In this document: piece by piece, positions 1-9,767 of the stretch
Numbering within the stretch: position 1 is the first letter of the stretch
Layout of the letters: every line of letters begins with the position of its first letter
DNA from: Trueperaceae bacterium
Lineage (GTDB): Bacteria; Deinococcota; Deinococci; Deinococcales; Trueperaceae
Length of the DNA stretch: 64,000 nt
Assembly: GCA_965214405.1 (NCBI GenBank)
Contig: OZ243956.1
Span: 3,360,001-3,424,000, forward strand
Reading direction: 5' to 3'
Made by a program: the position numbers and the translations under genes
The notes under the pieces: generated by a model
What the model was told of the DNA's origin: nothing
Seen by the model: only the letters and a program-made list of their open reading frames with translations
Databases searched by the model: none

Positions 1-2
1 AG

Positions 3-158
3 ACCGAAGTGCCCGAGGCGGCGACCAAACTCCTCTCGCTTGCGCGGATGGACGGGCTGCCGCTAACGCCGCACGGGGTGGTGGACGCGGTGCGTGGGGC
101 ATTACAAGGCGCGTCACAAGATGCGCACGTGAAAGACGTTCAGAAAGTGAGAAATTAA
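3..158 (+). CDS. korA: 2-oxoacid:ferredoxin oxidoreductase alpha subunit, C-terminal fragment (window edge)
   Basis: Open frame TEVPEAATKLLSLARMDGLPLT...KVRN* ends 1 nt before the beta-subunit gene; the DGLPL motif fits an alpha-subunit C-terminus. Confidence 0.7.
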   Translation, partial: TEVPEAATKLLSLARMDGLPLTPHGVVDAVRGALQGASQDAHVKDVQKVRN

Positions 159-159
159 C

Positions 160-1194
160 ATGGCGTCACCCATTGCCAAAGAAAACGACATCGGGCTGTC
201 GAAGTCCGATTACGGCGGTCAGCCCTCGACCCTGTGCAAGGGCTGCGGGCACAACTCGATTGCGAATCAGATTATCCAGGTGGCGTTTGACCTCAACATC
301 AGGCCGCACGAAATTGTGAAACTATCGGGGATTGGGTGCTCGAGCAAGTCCCCCGCCTACTTTTTGGGCATGTCGCACGGCTTTAACGCGCTCCACGGGC
401 GGATGCCCTCGGTGGGCACGGGCGCGCTCATGGCGAACCGCCACCTCCAGGCCATCGGCGTCTCGGGCGACGGTGACACCGGCTCGATCGGCATGGGGCA
501 ATTCAAGCACCTCGTGCGCCGCAACGTGCGGATGGTCTACGTGGTCGAAAATAACGGCGTCTACGGCCTCACCAAGGGCCAGTTTTCCGCCACCGCCGAC
601 GAGGGGCAGGAACTCAAGTACGCAGGCCATAACGACTTGCCGCCCATCAACATCTGCATGGAGGCGGTAATCGCGGGCTGCGGTTTCGTCGCGCGCTCCT
701 TCGCGGGCGACGCCAAACAGGTGCGCGAACTTCTCAAGGCGGCGCTCTCGCACCGGGGTACCGCCGTGCTCGACATTATCTCGCCCTGCGTCGCCTTTAA
801 CAATGACGACGCCTCGACCAAATCCTATTCCTACGGGCGCGAGCACGAGGAGCCGCTGCACGAGGTGGGCTATGTGCCCTTGACCGAGGAGATCGTCCTG
901 GAGGGCCAGGACCCCGGCGAGATGCGCGTGGTCGAGCTTCACGACGGGTCGTTTATCAAGCTGCGCAAGTTGGAGCGCGACTACGACCCGCGCGACCGTT
1001 TGGCGGCGCTCTCGAGGTTGCAGGAGGCGGAGTCGCGTGAAGAACTCATTACCGGCCTCGTCTATTACAACCCCGACCGGCCCGCCTTGGCAGAGGTTGA
1101 GAACATGGTCGACACGCCCCTCGCGCACCTCAGTGACGCGCAACTGAGGCCTCCCAAGGAGGCGCTAGAAACGCTTATGGCTGGGTTGCAGTAA
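160..1194 (+). CDS. korB: 2-oxoacid:ferredoxin oxidoreductase beta subunit (TPP-binding)
   Basis: CKGCGH, SGIGCS, HGR, GDGD...NNGVYGLTKGQ and SPCV motifs. Confidence 0.93.
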   Translation: MASPIAKENDIGLSKSDYGGQPSTLCKGCGHNSIANQIIQVAFDLNIRPHEIVKLSGIGCSSKSPAYFLGMSHGFNALHGRMPSVGTGALMANRHLQAIGVSGDGDTGSIGMGQFKHLVRRNVRMVYVVENNGVYGLTKGQFSATADEGQELKYAGHNDLPPINICMEAVIAGCGFVARSFAGDAKQVRELLKAALSHRGTAVLDIISPCVAFNNDDASTKSYSYGREHEEPLHEVGYVPLTEEIVLEGQDPGEMRVVELHDGSFIKLRKLERDYDPRDRLAALSRLQEAESREELITGLVYYNPDRPALAEVENMVDTPLAHLSDAQLRPPKEALETLMAGLQ

Positions 1195-1245
1195 GAGGAT
1201 TCTAGCAAGCAAGCGTTCTCGAGCGCCTGCCAAACCCTAAAAGCC

Positions 1246-1677
1246 ATGAACTACGCGTCTCTCATCGCGCTCCTCGCCGCGATTTCTTTCACGCTGCCCT
1301 TTTTGGTCACGCTCGCCGAAAACGCGGGCGTCCCAAGAGGCTTTAGCATCGTGCTGACGCTCGCGGGCGCAACTTTCGCGCTCGCCTGGGTCTGGGTGAG
1401 GAGCCGGGTGCTGCGCCGCACCGCCTTGGAAGAATGTGTCACGGTTATCGAGGGCCAGCGGGCCGAGACGCCGGAACGTCCCGAGGCATTCTTTCTGCAC
1501 GGCGACCATCTAGGCGACTTGCTCCTCACCCTGGGGCGGCCCAGCGAGGCGTTGGCGGTGTTTGAAGCCTACAAAAGGGTGGCTGAACAGGCGGGGCGCG
1601 AGGTGGGGAGTACGGAACGCGTTATCATGAGCCTGCGGCGCGAGGGGCGGCAGGAGGAAACGGATGAGGGCGTATAG
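1246..1677 (+). CDS. Hypothetical membrane protein (2 TM segments plus TPR-like tail)
   Basis: Two hydrophobic segments; LGDLLLTLGRPSEALAVFE resembles a TPR helix pair; overlaps the next ORF. Confidence 0.65.
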   Translation: MNYASLIALLAAISFTLPFLVTLAENAGVPRGFSIVLTLAGATFALAWVWVRSRVLRRTALEECVTVIEGQRAETPERPEAFFLHGDHLGDLLLTLGRPSEALAVFEAYKRVAEQAGREVGSTERVIMSLRREGRQEETDEGV

Positions 1678-1855
1678 AGGTCTGGTAGAGGACGGCGTGG
1701 TCAAACTCCCCGAGGGCGCCTATTTACCCGAGGGCGCGGTGGTCACGGTCACGATTGGCGAGGCTGAATATCTGCGCGCGCGGCTGCGCCGGGTGTTAAA
1801 GCGCAATGTGCGCCGCCGCTTGCGTGCTCGGACGCCCCGTCCTTTTCCCGTCTAG
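1664..1855 (+). CDS. Small hypothetical protein (DUF104/AbrB-like N-terminus, basic tail)
   Basis: RBS GGAGG upstream; RGLVEDGVVKLPEG..LPEGAVVTVTI pattern; stop overlaps the rsmI start. Confidence 0.65.
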   Translation: MRAYRGLVEDGVVKLPEGAYLPEGAVVTVTIGEAEYLRARLRRVLKRNVRRRLRARTPRPFPV

Positions 1856-2667
1856 TGGCCCACCTGGTGCTCGTCCCGACGCCCATCGGCAACCTTGGCG
1901 ACATCACGTTGCGGGCATTAGACGTTCTCAAGGCTGCCGACGTGGTCGCCGCCGAGGACACCCGGCACAGCGGCAAGCTCTTGGCGCATTTCGGCATAGA
2001 CAAGCCGCTCGTGCGTTTGGACGCGCACACGATTGAGGCGAGGGGCGAGAGCGTCCTGCGCGACCATGCGCTCGTTGCTTTCGTGACCGACGCGGGCACG
2101 CCGGGCGTGTCGGACCCTGGGGCGGAACTCGTGACGCTCGCCCTGGCGCGCGGCGACACCGTCGAGGTGCTGCCGGGTGCCGCTGCCTTTGTGCCCGCGC
2201 TGGTGCTCTCTGGCCTGCCGCTCGCCTGCTTTGGGTTCGAGGGCTTTTTGCCCCGCAAAGGGAGCGCGCGCCGTGAACGGCTTAACGGAATTGCTCAAAG
2301 TGAACGGACGCTTGCGCTTTACGAGTCGCCGCAACGTCTCCAACAAACTTTAGAGAACTTGGCAGAGGCTTGTGGTTCAGAAAGGCGCGCCAGCGTGAGC
2401 CGCGAACTCTCTAAGCGCTTCGAGGAGACGCGGCGCGGTACGCTGGCCGACCTCTGCGAAGCGTTCAAAGGGGAGGAGGTACGCGGCGAGATCGTCATCG
2501 TTGTGGGTCCCGCTGAAAAGGTTGAAGAAACAGATTTCACAGAGACCGCCAAAAGGCTTGCCGCCGAAGGTCTCGACAAGCGCGCCCTGCGTGGGGCGCT
2601 CGTCGCGCTCGGCGCGCCCCGCAACCTCGCCTACGAACTCTCCTTAGCGGAGACTGCAAAGGATTAG
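1855..2667 (+). CDS. rsmI: 16S rRNA C1402 2'-O-methyltransferase
   Basis: VPTPIGNLGDIT, AAEDTR, DAGTPGVSDPG, YESPQR, RELSKRFEE motifs. Confidence 0.95.
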   Translation: MAHLVLVPTPIGNLGDITLRALDVLKAADVVAAEDTRHSGKLLAHFGIDKPLVRLDAHTIEARGESVLRDHALVAFVTDAGTPGVSDPGAELVTLALARGDTVEVLPGAAAFVPALVLSGLPLACFGFEGFLPRKGSARRERLNGIAQSERTLALYESPQRLQQTLENLAEACGSERRASVSRELSKRFEETRRGTLADLCEAFKGEEVRGEIVIVVGPAEKVEETDFTETAKRLAAEGLDKRALRGALVALGAPRNLAYELSLAETAKD

Positions 2668-2691
2668 CCCGACGCGGTTTACAATGGGTTC

Positions 2692-5600
2692 TTGGTGTTC
2701 CTTATGTCCCAGACCGTATCCCAAACTGTAAAGACTCGTTCCACACGCCTTTTAGGGCTCCCCGCCGCCGCGCGCTTGGCGTTATTCGCCCGCCACAAAG
2801 GCCCCGCCGTCCTCGTTACCACCGAGGAGCGCGCGGCGCTTTTTCGGGACACGGGATTTTTTGGCGCGCCGAGCAGCGTCAACCCCGACTTGAGTGATTG
2901 GAATGACAAGCATGACAAGGTGGTCGTGAACGTCGCGCACGCGCTGCGGCCCTTTCCCAAGGACCCCGGTGCTTATGCGCTGACCCTGCAAACGGGCCGG
3001 GACTATCCGCGCGAAGCGTTCTTAGACCGTCTCGTCTCTTTCGGCTTTGAGCGTGACGGGATGCCCGGTTTTGTGGTGCGGGGGGATACCATCACGCTCT
3101 ATCTGGACGCTGAGGACGAGACGGACGCGGTTAGGCTCGAGTTCTTCGGCGACGAACTCGACGCTTTAGAGCGGAACGGGAAGCGCGCCCAGAGTTTTGT
3201 GCTTGCGCCCTTAGAAAACGCACCCCTAGAAGAGGAAGGCTGGGAGGGTGTGCTGCTCGAAAATCTCCCCGGCACCGTCTTTTTAGACTCTTCCGAACTC
3301 CTGCCCGCCGAATTCGACAACCCCGCGCGGGTTGAATGGCTTTGGGACTATCTAGAGGAGCGCGAGGTGGTGTCGTTTGGCCGGGACCCGTTGGAGCTGC
3401 CCGAAGAAATAAGCGATTTGCAGCCGCTGCCCTACTACCGCGCCAAGCTCTCGGATTTTGCCGCCGATGTCGAGGGTTGGCTCAAAGACGGGTACAGCGT
3501 GACGGTGCTCTTGCGCTTTGAACGCACCGGGCGCTACTTGCGTGACAAGATTTTGGGCGATGTGTCAAGTGAGTGGGTGCAGGGGGTGAGGGAGCATCCG
3601 GGCGTGCTCGGTCTCGCGGTGGGGGCGGACACTCGGGGCGGCTACCGCGACGAAGCGCGGCGCGAAATCGTCGTGTCCGAAGATCTGCTCTACGGCTACC
3701 AGGGCGCGCGCAAGCTCAAGAGGCTGCCGGGTCGGCAAGTGGGCGACGCCACCGCGCTCACCGTCGGCGATTATCTTATCCACCCGGACCACGGGGTGGG
3801 GCGATTTCTGGGGCTCGAGCCCCGGCAAGTGATCGGCGTGACGCGCGACTACCTCAAGCTCCAGTACGCGGGCGAGGGCAAACTCTACTTGCCCGTCGAG
3901 GGGCTGCCCCTGCTGCGCCGCCACCCCGGCACCACCGACGACCCGCCCCGGCTCTCGACCCTGGGCACGAACGAGTGGGCGAGGGCGAGAGAAAAAGCCC
4001 GCGTCAACGCGCAGGAGCTGGCGGGCAAACTTATCAAAACCTACGCCGAAAGGCAGGTCAAGGAGGGCGTCGCCATGCCCGCGCTGCCCGACTGGGACGC
4101 GCGTATCGAGGCGAACTGCCCCTTCACCCTCACCACCGACCAGCGGCGCGCGGTTGAAGTCACGCTGCGCGACATGGCGAAACCTACCCCGATGGACCGC
4201 CTCGTCTCCGGCGACGTGGGCTTCGGCAAAACGGAGGTCGCCATTCGCGCCGCCCACCGCGCCGTGGGCCACGGCAAACAGGTCGCCATGCTCGTGCCCA
4301 CCACCGTGCTCGCGCATCAGCATTTTGAGACCTTTGCGGAACGCTTTAAGGGTTTGCCCGTGCGCGTCGAGACGCTCTCGCGTTTTTCTTCGGACAATGA
4401 TGCGAAAGCTGTCTTGAAGGGCCTCAAGGACGGAAGTGTGGACATCGTCGTGGGCACGCACCGTCTGCTGAGTGAGGGGGTGAAATTCAAGGATTTGGGG
4501 CTCTTGATTATCGACGAGGAGCACCGCTTCGGCGTGGGTCAAAAAGAGCGGATGAAGGGGCTCAAGACGAACCTCGACGTGCTCTCGCTCTCCGCCACGC
4601 CCATCCCGAGGACGCTCTACATGAGCTTGGTGGGTCTGCGCGACGTGTCGCAAATCATGACGCCGCCCGCGGGCCGCAAGCCCATCCAGACGGTCTTGCA
4701 GCCCTACGACCCGCTCGCGGTGCGCGAGGCCATTATGGCCGAGTTGGAGCGCGGCGGCAAGACGTTTTATATTCACGACCGCATCGGCTCGATGGGCTCT
4801 CGCGCGCTGGCGCTCAACCGCCTCGTCCCGGAGGCGCGCGTCGGCGTGGCGCACGGGGGGATGAGCGGGGACGAGCTCGAGGAGGTCATGCTCGGCTTTG
4901 AGGAGGGCGCGTTTGACGTGCTCCTAAGCACCACCATCGTCGAGTCGGGTCTCGACATCGCGGGGGCCAACACGCTCGTGATTGAGCGCGCCGACCGTCT
5001 GGGCTTGGCGCAGCTCTACCAGTTGCGGGGCCGCGTGGGCCGCCGCGATACCGAGGCGTGGGCGTATCTGCTCTATCCGGGCCGCCTCACCGAGGCGGCG
5101 CAGCGGCGGCTTTACGCCATCGCCGAACTCAACGACCTGGGCTCGGGTCACCTCTTGGCCGAAAAAGACATGGAAATCCGCGGCGTCGGCAACCTTCTGG
5201 GGCCGGAGCAGCACGGGCACATCAGCGCGGTGTCGCTGGAGGTTTACACCGAACTCTTGGCCGAAGAAATCGCCAAGCTCAAAGGCGAAACGCGCGCCGA
5301 GCAGCCGCAGGTCGCGCTCGACCTCAGCATCGACGCGCGCCTAAGCCCCTCCTACATCGCCGACGACGCCGCGCGTATTCGCTACTATGGCTGCCTGGCG
5401 GAGGCGGACACGCTGGCGGAAGTGGGCCAAAACGCTCGAGAGATGAGCGAGCTCTTCGGCCCTATGCCTCCCGAAGTCAGAGCTTTCGTCGAACTCGTTA
5501 AGCTCCGCCTGTTGGCCGCGCAAAAGGGCGTCGTGACGATTGCCGAGCACATGACCGACATCCAGATTTCGTTCGCCCAAGAAAAGATTGACTACGACGC

Positions 5601-5733
5601 CAAGGCCCTGAGGGAACTCTCCTACACCGTCGAGCCGACGCGCTACCCACCGGGCTTCTCGCTCAAAAAACGGGGTCTCAAGGGAATGGACGCGCTTGCG
5701 GCGCTGAGCGAAATCCTCTATCTCTGCGGCTAG
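2692..5733 (+). CDS. mfd: Transcription-repair coupling factor
   Basis: CarD/RID domain (HPDHGVGRF), [31 protein letters not shown] motif ([12 protein letters not shown]), C-terminal TRCF domain; start may be 2704. Confidence 0.95.
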   Translation: MVFLMSQTVSQTVKTRSTRLLGLPAAARLALFARHKGPAVLVTTEERAALFRDTGFFGAPSSVNPDLSDWNDKHDKVVVNVAHALRPFPKDPGAYALTLQTGRDYPREAFLDRLVSFGFERDGMPGFVVRGDTITLYLDAEDETDAVRLEFFGDELDALERNGKRAQSFVLAPLENAPLEEEGWEGVLLENLPGTVFLDSSELLPAEFDNPARVEWLWDYLEEREVVSFGRDPLELPEEISDLQPLPYYRAKLSDFAADVEGWLKDGYSVTVLLRFERTGRYLRDKILGDVSSEWVQGVREHPGVLGLAVGADTRGGYRDEARREIVVSEDLLYGYQGARKLKRLPGRQVGDATALTVGDYLIHPDHGVGRFLGLEPRQVIGVTRDYLKLQYAGEGKLYLPVEGLPLLRRHPGTTDDPPRLSTLGTNEWARAREKARVNAQELAGKLIKTYAERQVKEGVAMPALPDWDARIEANCPFTLTTDQRRAVEVTLRDMAKPTPMDRLVSGDVGFGKTEVAIRAAHRAVGHGKQVAMLVPTTVLAHQHFETFAERFKGLPVRVETLSRFSSDNDAKAVLKGLKDGSVDIVVGTHRLLSEGVKFKDLGLLIIDEEHRFGVGQKERMKGLKTNLDVLSLSATPIPRTLYMSLVGLRDVSQIMTPPAGRKPIQTVLQPYDPLAVREAIMAELERGGKTFYIHDRIGSMGSRALALNRLVPEARVGVAHGGMSGDELEEVMLGFEEGAFDVLLSTTIVESGLDIAGANTLVIERADRLGLAQLYQLRGRVGRRDTEAWAYLLYPGRLTEAAQRRLYAIAELNDLGSGHLLAEKDMEIRGVGNLLGPEQHGHISAVSLEVYTELLAEEIAKLKGETRAEQPQVALDLSIDARLSPSYIADDAARIRYYGCLAEADTLAEVGQNAREMSELFGPMPPEVRAFVELVKLRLLAAQKGVVTIAEHMTDIQISFAQEKIDYDAKALRELSYTVEPTRYPPGFSLKKRGLKGMDALAALSEILYLCG

Positions 5734-5771
5734 TGATTTTTGAAAATTCTGAGATGAGTGGAGAAGCGTGG

Positions 5772-5826
5772 TGATGTTGGGCTCGAGCCCTGTGATGAAC
5801 TGACTCGAGCCCAACATCATTTTCTG
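5772..5826 (+). terminator. Hairpin after mfd with CTCGAG in both arms
   Basis: TGATGTTGGGCTCGAG (5772-5787) and CTCGAGCCCAACATCA (5804-5819) form a 16-bp inverted repeat followed by TTTTCT. Confidence 0.6.
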
Positions 5827-5839
5827 TCTCCTCAAGGTT

Positions 5840-5966
5840 CGATACTTCGGACAGGTTTTGACGCAAAATCTAATTTATTTCGTCTATGACGCTAACCCTC
5901 TGAGCAGAAGTCATAATAAGGAACAACGTCCCTGACGCGTTTTCTACACAAGTGTCCGAAGTATTG
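5840..5966. mobile_element. MITE-like element, 127 bp
   Basis: TIRs CGATACTTCGGACA / TGTCCGAAGTATTG (13/14 match), flanked by direct repeat AAGGTT at 5834-5839 and 5967-5972; AT-rich interior. Confidence 0.75.
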
Positions 5967-5980
5967 AAGGTTATTAAAGC

Positions 5981-7018
5981 CTAAAATCTGTCAATCACCG
6001 TCACTCCGCGCCCCTTAAATTCACCCATCGCGGCGAGTTCCGCGCCCGCCTGCTCGAGCCCCACCGTCTTGCCGATGAGCTTGGCGGGCTCGAGCACCCC
6101 CGAGACGATCATCCGCAGCATCTCCTCGTAGCGGTGCGCCTGCATCCCGTGCGAGCCGACAATTTCTAGCTCCTTGGCGATAACTTCAAACATCGGCATC
6201 GAGACGTTGCGCTCCTCGGCCAGCATCAGCCCAATCTGCACGTGACGCCCGCGCTTGCGCAGGGAGCGAATCGAGTTGCGGCAGGTGAGGGCGCTGCCGA
6301 GTGCGTCAATTGACACGTGCGCGCCGCCGTTTGTCAAGTCGCGGACGGCCTTGACGGGATTCTGTTCGCGCGCGTTCACCACAGCGGTTGCGCCGATAGA
6401 AAGGGCGAGCTCGAGCGCCCCCTCGTCGATATCCACCCCAATGGGCTGCGCCCCGAGCGCGCTCGCTATCATTATGGCCGACAGCCCCACTCCGCCGCAG
6501 CCGTGGACCGCCAGCCACTCGCCCGGCCCCACCCGGCCCTGGTCCGCCACGCCCCGAAACGCGGTCATAAAGCGGCAGCCCAAGCTCGCCGCCTCGACAA
6601 AGCCTAACGCGTCGGGCAAACGCACCAGGTTGATGTCCGCTCTCGGGATGGCGACGTACTGCGCGAACGAGCCCCAGCCCGTGAACCCCGGCTGATAATC
6701 GTCGTCGCAGATGTGCTGGTTGCCCTCCTGACACGGCCCGCAGACGCCGCAGCCGCCGCAAAAGGGCACCGTGACGCGCTCGCCCCCCGCCCAGTTCACC
6801 ACGCGCGGCCCCACCGCCGCCACCACGCCCGCGAGCTCGTGCCCCGGCACGTGCGGTAATTTTATCGTCGGATCGTGACCCATCCAGGCGTGCCAATCCG
6901 AACGGCAGATGCCGTTGGCCCGCACCTCGATGACGACGCCGTCCTCGGGTGGCTCGGGGTCGGGGACGGGGGTTACGCGCAGGGGTTCCTTAAAAGCTCC
7001 CATAAGCGCCGCTTTCAT
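5981..7018 (-). CDS. Zinc-dependent alcohol dehydrogenase family protein
   Basis: GICRSD, GHE, four-Cys structural Zn site, GCGGVG; RBS AAGGAG. Confidence 0.92.
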   Translation of the reverse strand: MKAALMGAFKEPLRVTPVPDPEPPEDGVVIEVRANGICRSDWHAWMGHDPTIKLPHVPGHELAGVVAAVGPRVVNWAGGERVTVPFCGGCGVCGPCQEGNQHICDDDYQPGFTGWGSFAQYVAIPRADINLVRLPDALGFVEAASLGCRFMTAFRGVADQGRVGPGEWLAVHGCGGVGLSAIMIASALGAQPIGVDIDEGALELALSIGATAVVNAREQNPVKAVRDLTNGGAHVSIDALGSALTCRNSIRSLRKRGRHVQIGLMLAEERNVSMPMFEVIAKELEIVGSHGMQAHRYEEMLRMIVSGVLEPAKLIGKTVGLEQAGAELAAMGEFKGRGVTVIDRF

Positions 7019-7079
7019 GCTTACACTCCTTTCGACACTCTCTACCAGTGTGACACGGCCCCTGAAACGGCGGCCTCAT

Positions 7080-7143
7080 ACGAGTTTGCATTCATTACTG
7101 AGCAGGCGAAACCCCGCCCGCTCATCCATTACTGCAAACCCGT
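7080..7143 (-). ncRNA. Candidate structured leader RNA upstream of the ADH gene
   Basis: 11-bp and 10-bp stems, each with one G-U pair on the minus strand, around a symmetric 8x8 internal loop. Confidence 0.45.
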
Positions 7144-7343
7144 CTCCTTTTTCACTCGCTCTGCTCGTCCTTAACTTCTTCGCTGCGCTCAGTCGTCAAG
7201 GCAAAATGGTATCAGGTGTCGCCAGCAACCGCCCGTCCAACCTGCGAGCGGTGAACGACGTGCCCAAAGGAGGTGGGCGGAACGGGGTGGGTCGGCGCGC
7301 TTTACCCCCTCCTTCAGCGTCTCTTATGAGATAGACTAAGCCT

Positions 7344-7739
7344 ATGACCGCCAACGAAAGCGCCTTTTATGAGGCCTGGAACACGCTGCTAGGCTGGATG
7401 CGCGAGTACGCAGACGCGCATTCGGGGGCTATCTTTGAAAAAGAAGCCGACTTTCCCGACTATATTTACCGGATGGAGCGACCCTACAGCCTGCCGACAA
7501 CCATCATGAGCGCGAGTCTGTCCAATCCGGCGGGCGACCCCGTTTTGCTCATGAGCGCCTCGCCGCGCCACGCTGTTTTCAAGGAGGTGACGCTGCATCC
7601 TTTCGAGTCGCACGTCTACCGCAAACTCGCCTATCATCCGGCCAAGAATGCGCTCACCGAGGGCAAGCGCCCCTTTACCAAAGAGATGCTGTTCGAGCTT
7701 GCCGACGGCCTTTTCGAAAATCGCGCCGTCGCTGAGTAG
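7344..7739 (+). CDS. nqo15: NADH-quinone oxidoreductase subunit 15 (frataxin-like)
   Basis: YEAW..LL.WMREYA, FEKEADFPDYIYRMERPY.LPTTIM, SPRHA match Thermus Nqo15; TAGACT 6 nt before the ATG. Confidence 0.92.
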   Translation: MTANESAFYEAWNTLLGWMREYADAHSGAIFEKEADFPDYIYRMERPYSLPTTIMSASLSNPAGDPVLLMSASPRHAVFKEVTLHPFESHVYRKLAYHPAKNALTEGKRPFTKEMLFELADGLFENRAVAE

Positions 7740-7755
7740 ACGCGGCCTGGATCGC

Positions 7756-7962
7756 GTGCCGGACGGAGACCGCGCGGCCTTGCTCCGCGCTGCCAGAGGC
7801 GGCTTCTGCGGAGCGTGTGCTTACGCCAGGCTCGTCAGGAGCAGTAAGGGGAGCGTGTTCGTTATGTGTACGCATCCCGACTTGCCCAAGTACCAGGGCC
7901 AGCCGGTCCTGCGCTGCGCGGGCTTTACGAAAGGTGCCCCACATCGCGGGCATACAACATGA
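7756..7962 (+). CDS. Small Cys-rich hypothetical protein (start uncertain)
   Basis: CGAC...SSKGSVFVMC...PKY..QPVLRCAGF gives four Cys; directly downstream of nqo15. Confidence 0.55.
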   Translation: MPDGDRAALLRAARGGFCGACAYARLVRSSKGSVFVMCTHPDLPKYQGQPVLRCAGFTKGAPHRGHTT

Positions 7963-8270
7963 CCTTTGCGTCCTGGACAAGTTTTCTCAAAGGCTATAGA
8001 AAAGGCTATAAATAAGATTACAGATAATATGGACCACCGCCGTTTTGTGAGGTCGGGGTCCTCTCGAGGTGCGCGCCGTTGTTCTTGTTACACCGACTAT
8101 GCTGAGTAAGATGAGGTGTAGCAGGTATAGTCTAACGGGCACGCGTACCCACGGGCACCAATCATCCCTATGGGCAAGGTTCGGTTTACATATGACCGTT
8201 CAGGATGTAGTTACGGTGATGACACCTACTACACTCCCAAAAGTCTCAAAAAGGTCATACTTAACGTACG

Positions 8271-8813
8271 ATGTCTCACTCCACCCTCGACACCTCCCCC
8301 ACACACGACCTGGGCACGTTGACGTTGCGGCGAACTCGTGAAGAAGTCGCGTCGGAAGTTGTGCTCGTCGCGCCGAGCTGGTTTACGCGCGCGGTTTGGC
8401 TCTTCGGCGGCGCGGGCTGCCTCGTTTTTTTGTGGTCGGTCGCGCTGAGTTTGGGCTGGCTCGAGGCGAGCGCGGCGCGCGTCACCCCCCTCCGCGCGCC
8501 CCTTGTCGCCGAACTCTTTTTTTGGCTCCTGCCGCTCCTTTTGTCGCTCCTGTGTTTTGCGATGGCCGCGGGCGGGGTGCGGGTCACGCTGTTTGACGAG
8601 GGGCTCGAGCTGCGCGGCTTGTGGCCGAGCCGAGAACGCTCGGTCTACGTCTGGAGCAGACTCCGTCACGCCCGCTTTTGGGAAGAACGGACCAGGAGCC
8701 GCGAACGGCTCTTTGTGGCGCGGTTTTCTTTTGAAGGAGCGGAGGTTGTGTTCCGCCTTGCCGACGAGGGCGTGTGGGGGGGGTTGCGCGAGCGGTTTCG
8801 CGCTAGGATTTAA
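8271..8813 (+). CDS. Hypothetical membrane protein (2 TM segments plus PH-like tail)
   Basis: Two hydrophobic helices followed by a beta-rich region. Confidence 0.55.
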   Translation: MSHSTLDTSPTHDLGTLTLRRTREEVASEVVLVAPSWFTRAVWLFGGAGCLVFLWSVALSLGWLEASAARVTPLRAPLVAELFFWLLPLLLSLLCFAMAAGGVRVTLFDEGLELRGLWPSRERSVYVWSRLRHARFWEERTRSRERLFVARFSFEGAEVVFRLADEGVWGGLRERFRARI

Positions 8814-8903
8814 CAGGATGGGGTGTAACAAGGTGGGGTGTAACGAGCTGGGTCACGCCAACGCTTAGAGATTCATCCCCCCGAACGCGGGCTATACTCC
8901 CTT

Positions 8904-9590
8904 ATGAAAACGGGCATTATCGGCGCGATGGAAGAGGAAATAGAAAAGCTCACGGCGGGGCTCGAAGACGTTCAAGAGGCGCGCGTGGGCGCGTTCGTAT
9001 TTTACGAGGGGCGGCTCGAGGGCCAGCCTGTGGCGGTGGTGCGTAGCGGCGTCGGCAAGGTTAACGCGGCGGTGACGACGTTGCTCTTGCTCCAGCGGGA
9101 GGTGGGGCGGGTGATTTTCGTGGGCGTCGCGGGCGCGCTCGACCCCGCGCTCAACGTCGGCGACGTCGTGGTGAGCACCGACGCGGTGCAGCACGACGTG
9201 GACGCGACCGCGCTCGGCTACGCGCTGGGCGAGGTGCCCGGCGAACTTCCTACGTGGGAGGCGGACGAGAGGTTGCGTGATGTGGCGTTGGAGGCGGCAG
9301 CGGAATTAGGCGGCGTGGGCGTGGTGGCGGGCCGGGTGGCGTCGGGTGACCAGTTTATTGCCTCAGCGGACAAAGTCGCCGCGCTCCGGGCGCAGTACGG
9401 GGCCGCCTGCGCCGAGATGGAGGGCGCGAGCGCCGCGCAGGTCTGCGCGAAGTGGGGCGTGCCCTTTGTGATTGTGCGCAGCATCAGCGATACGGCGGAC
9501 GGGGCGGCGGGGGCGGACTTTAGGACGTTTACGCCCCTCGCGGCCGAGCGCGCGGAGCGGGTGGTGCGGACGATGTTGCGGCGTCTTTGA
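8904..9590 (+). CDS. mtnN: 5'-methylthioadenosine/S-adenosylhomocysteine nucleosidase
   Basis: GIIGAMEEE, SGVGKVNAA, SGDQF, EMEGA, RSISD motifs. Confidence 0.95.
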   Translation: MKTGIIGAMEEEIEKLTAGLEDVQEARVGAFVFYEGRLEGQPVAVVRSGVGKVNAAVTTLLLLQREVGRVIFVGVAGALDPALNVGDVVVSTDAVQHDVDATALGYALGEVPGELPTWEADERLRDVALEAAAELGGVGVVAGRVASGDQFIASADKVAALRAQYGAACAEMEGASAAQVCAKWGVPFVIVRSISDTADGAAGADFRTFTPLAAERAERVVRTMLRRL

Positions 9591-9617
9591 AATAAACCCC
9601 CAGAGGGTGCGCGTCCG

Positions 9618-9737
9618 ATATAGTAGCAGGTATTATCTGGTTTGAGACAAACTTAGTGAAGCAGACATCGTCCAGCGCTCACTCTTTAAGATACCACCTG
9701 CGGCTGTTTGTCTCAGCGTTTTGTGGAGCTGCTATAT
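9618..9737. repeat. Nested inverted repeat (MITE-like or long hairpin)
   Basis: ATATAGTAGC/GCTGCTATAT outer arms and TGAGACAAAC/GTTTGTCTCA perfect inner arms. Confidence 0.5.
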
Positions 9738-9767
9738 GTTTTGCGTTCTTGAAGCGCCTACTTGAAT

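Noticed and set aside
3565..4854. 429-aa minus-strand ORF
   Set aside because: Antisense shadow of mfd in high-GC DNA, no recognisable motifs
7229..7315. GC-rich pairing upstream of nqo15 as SRP or 6S RNA
   Set aside because: Lacks the SRP helix-8 motif, and the pairing is weak for such high GC
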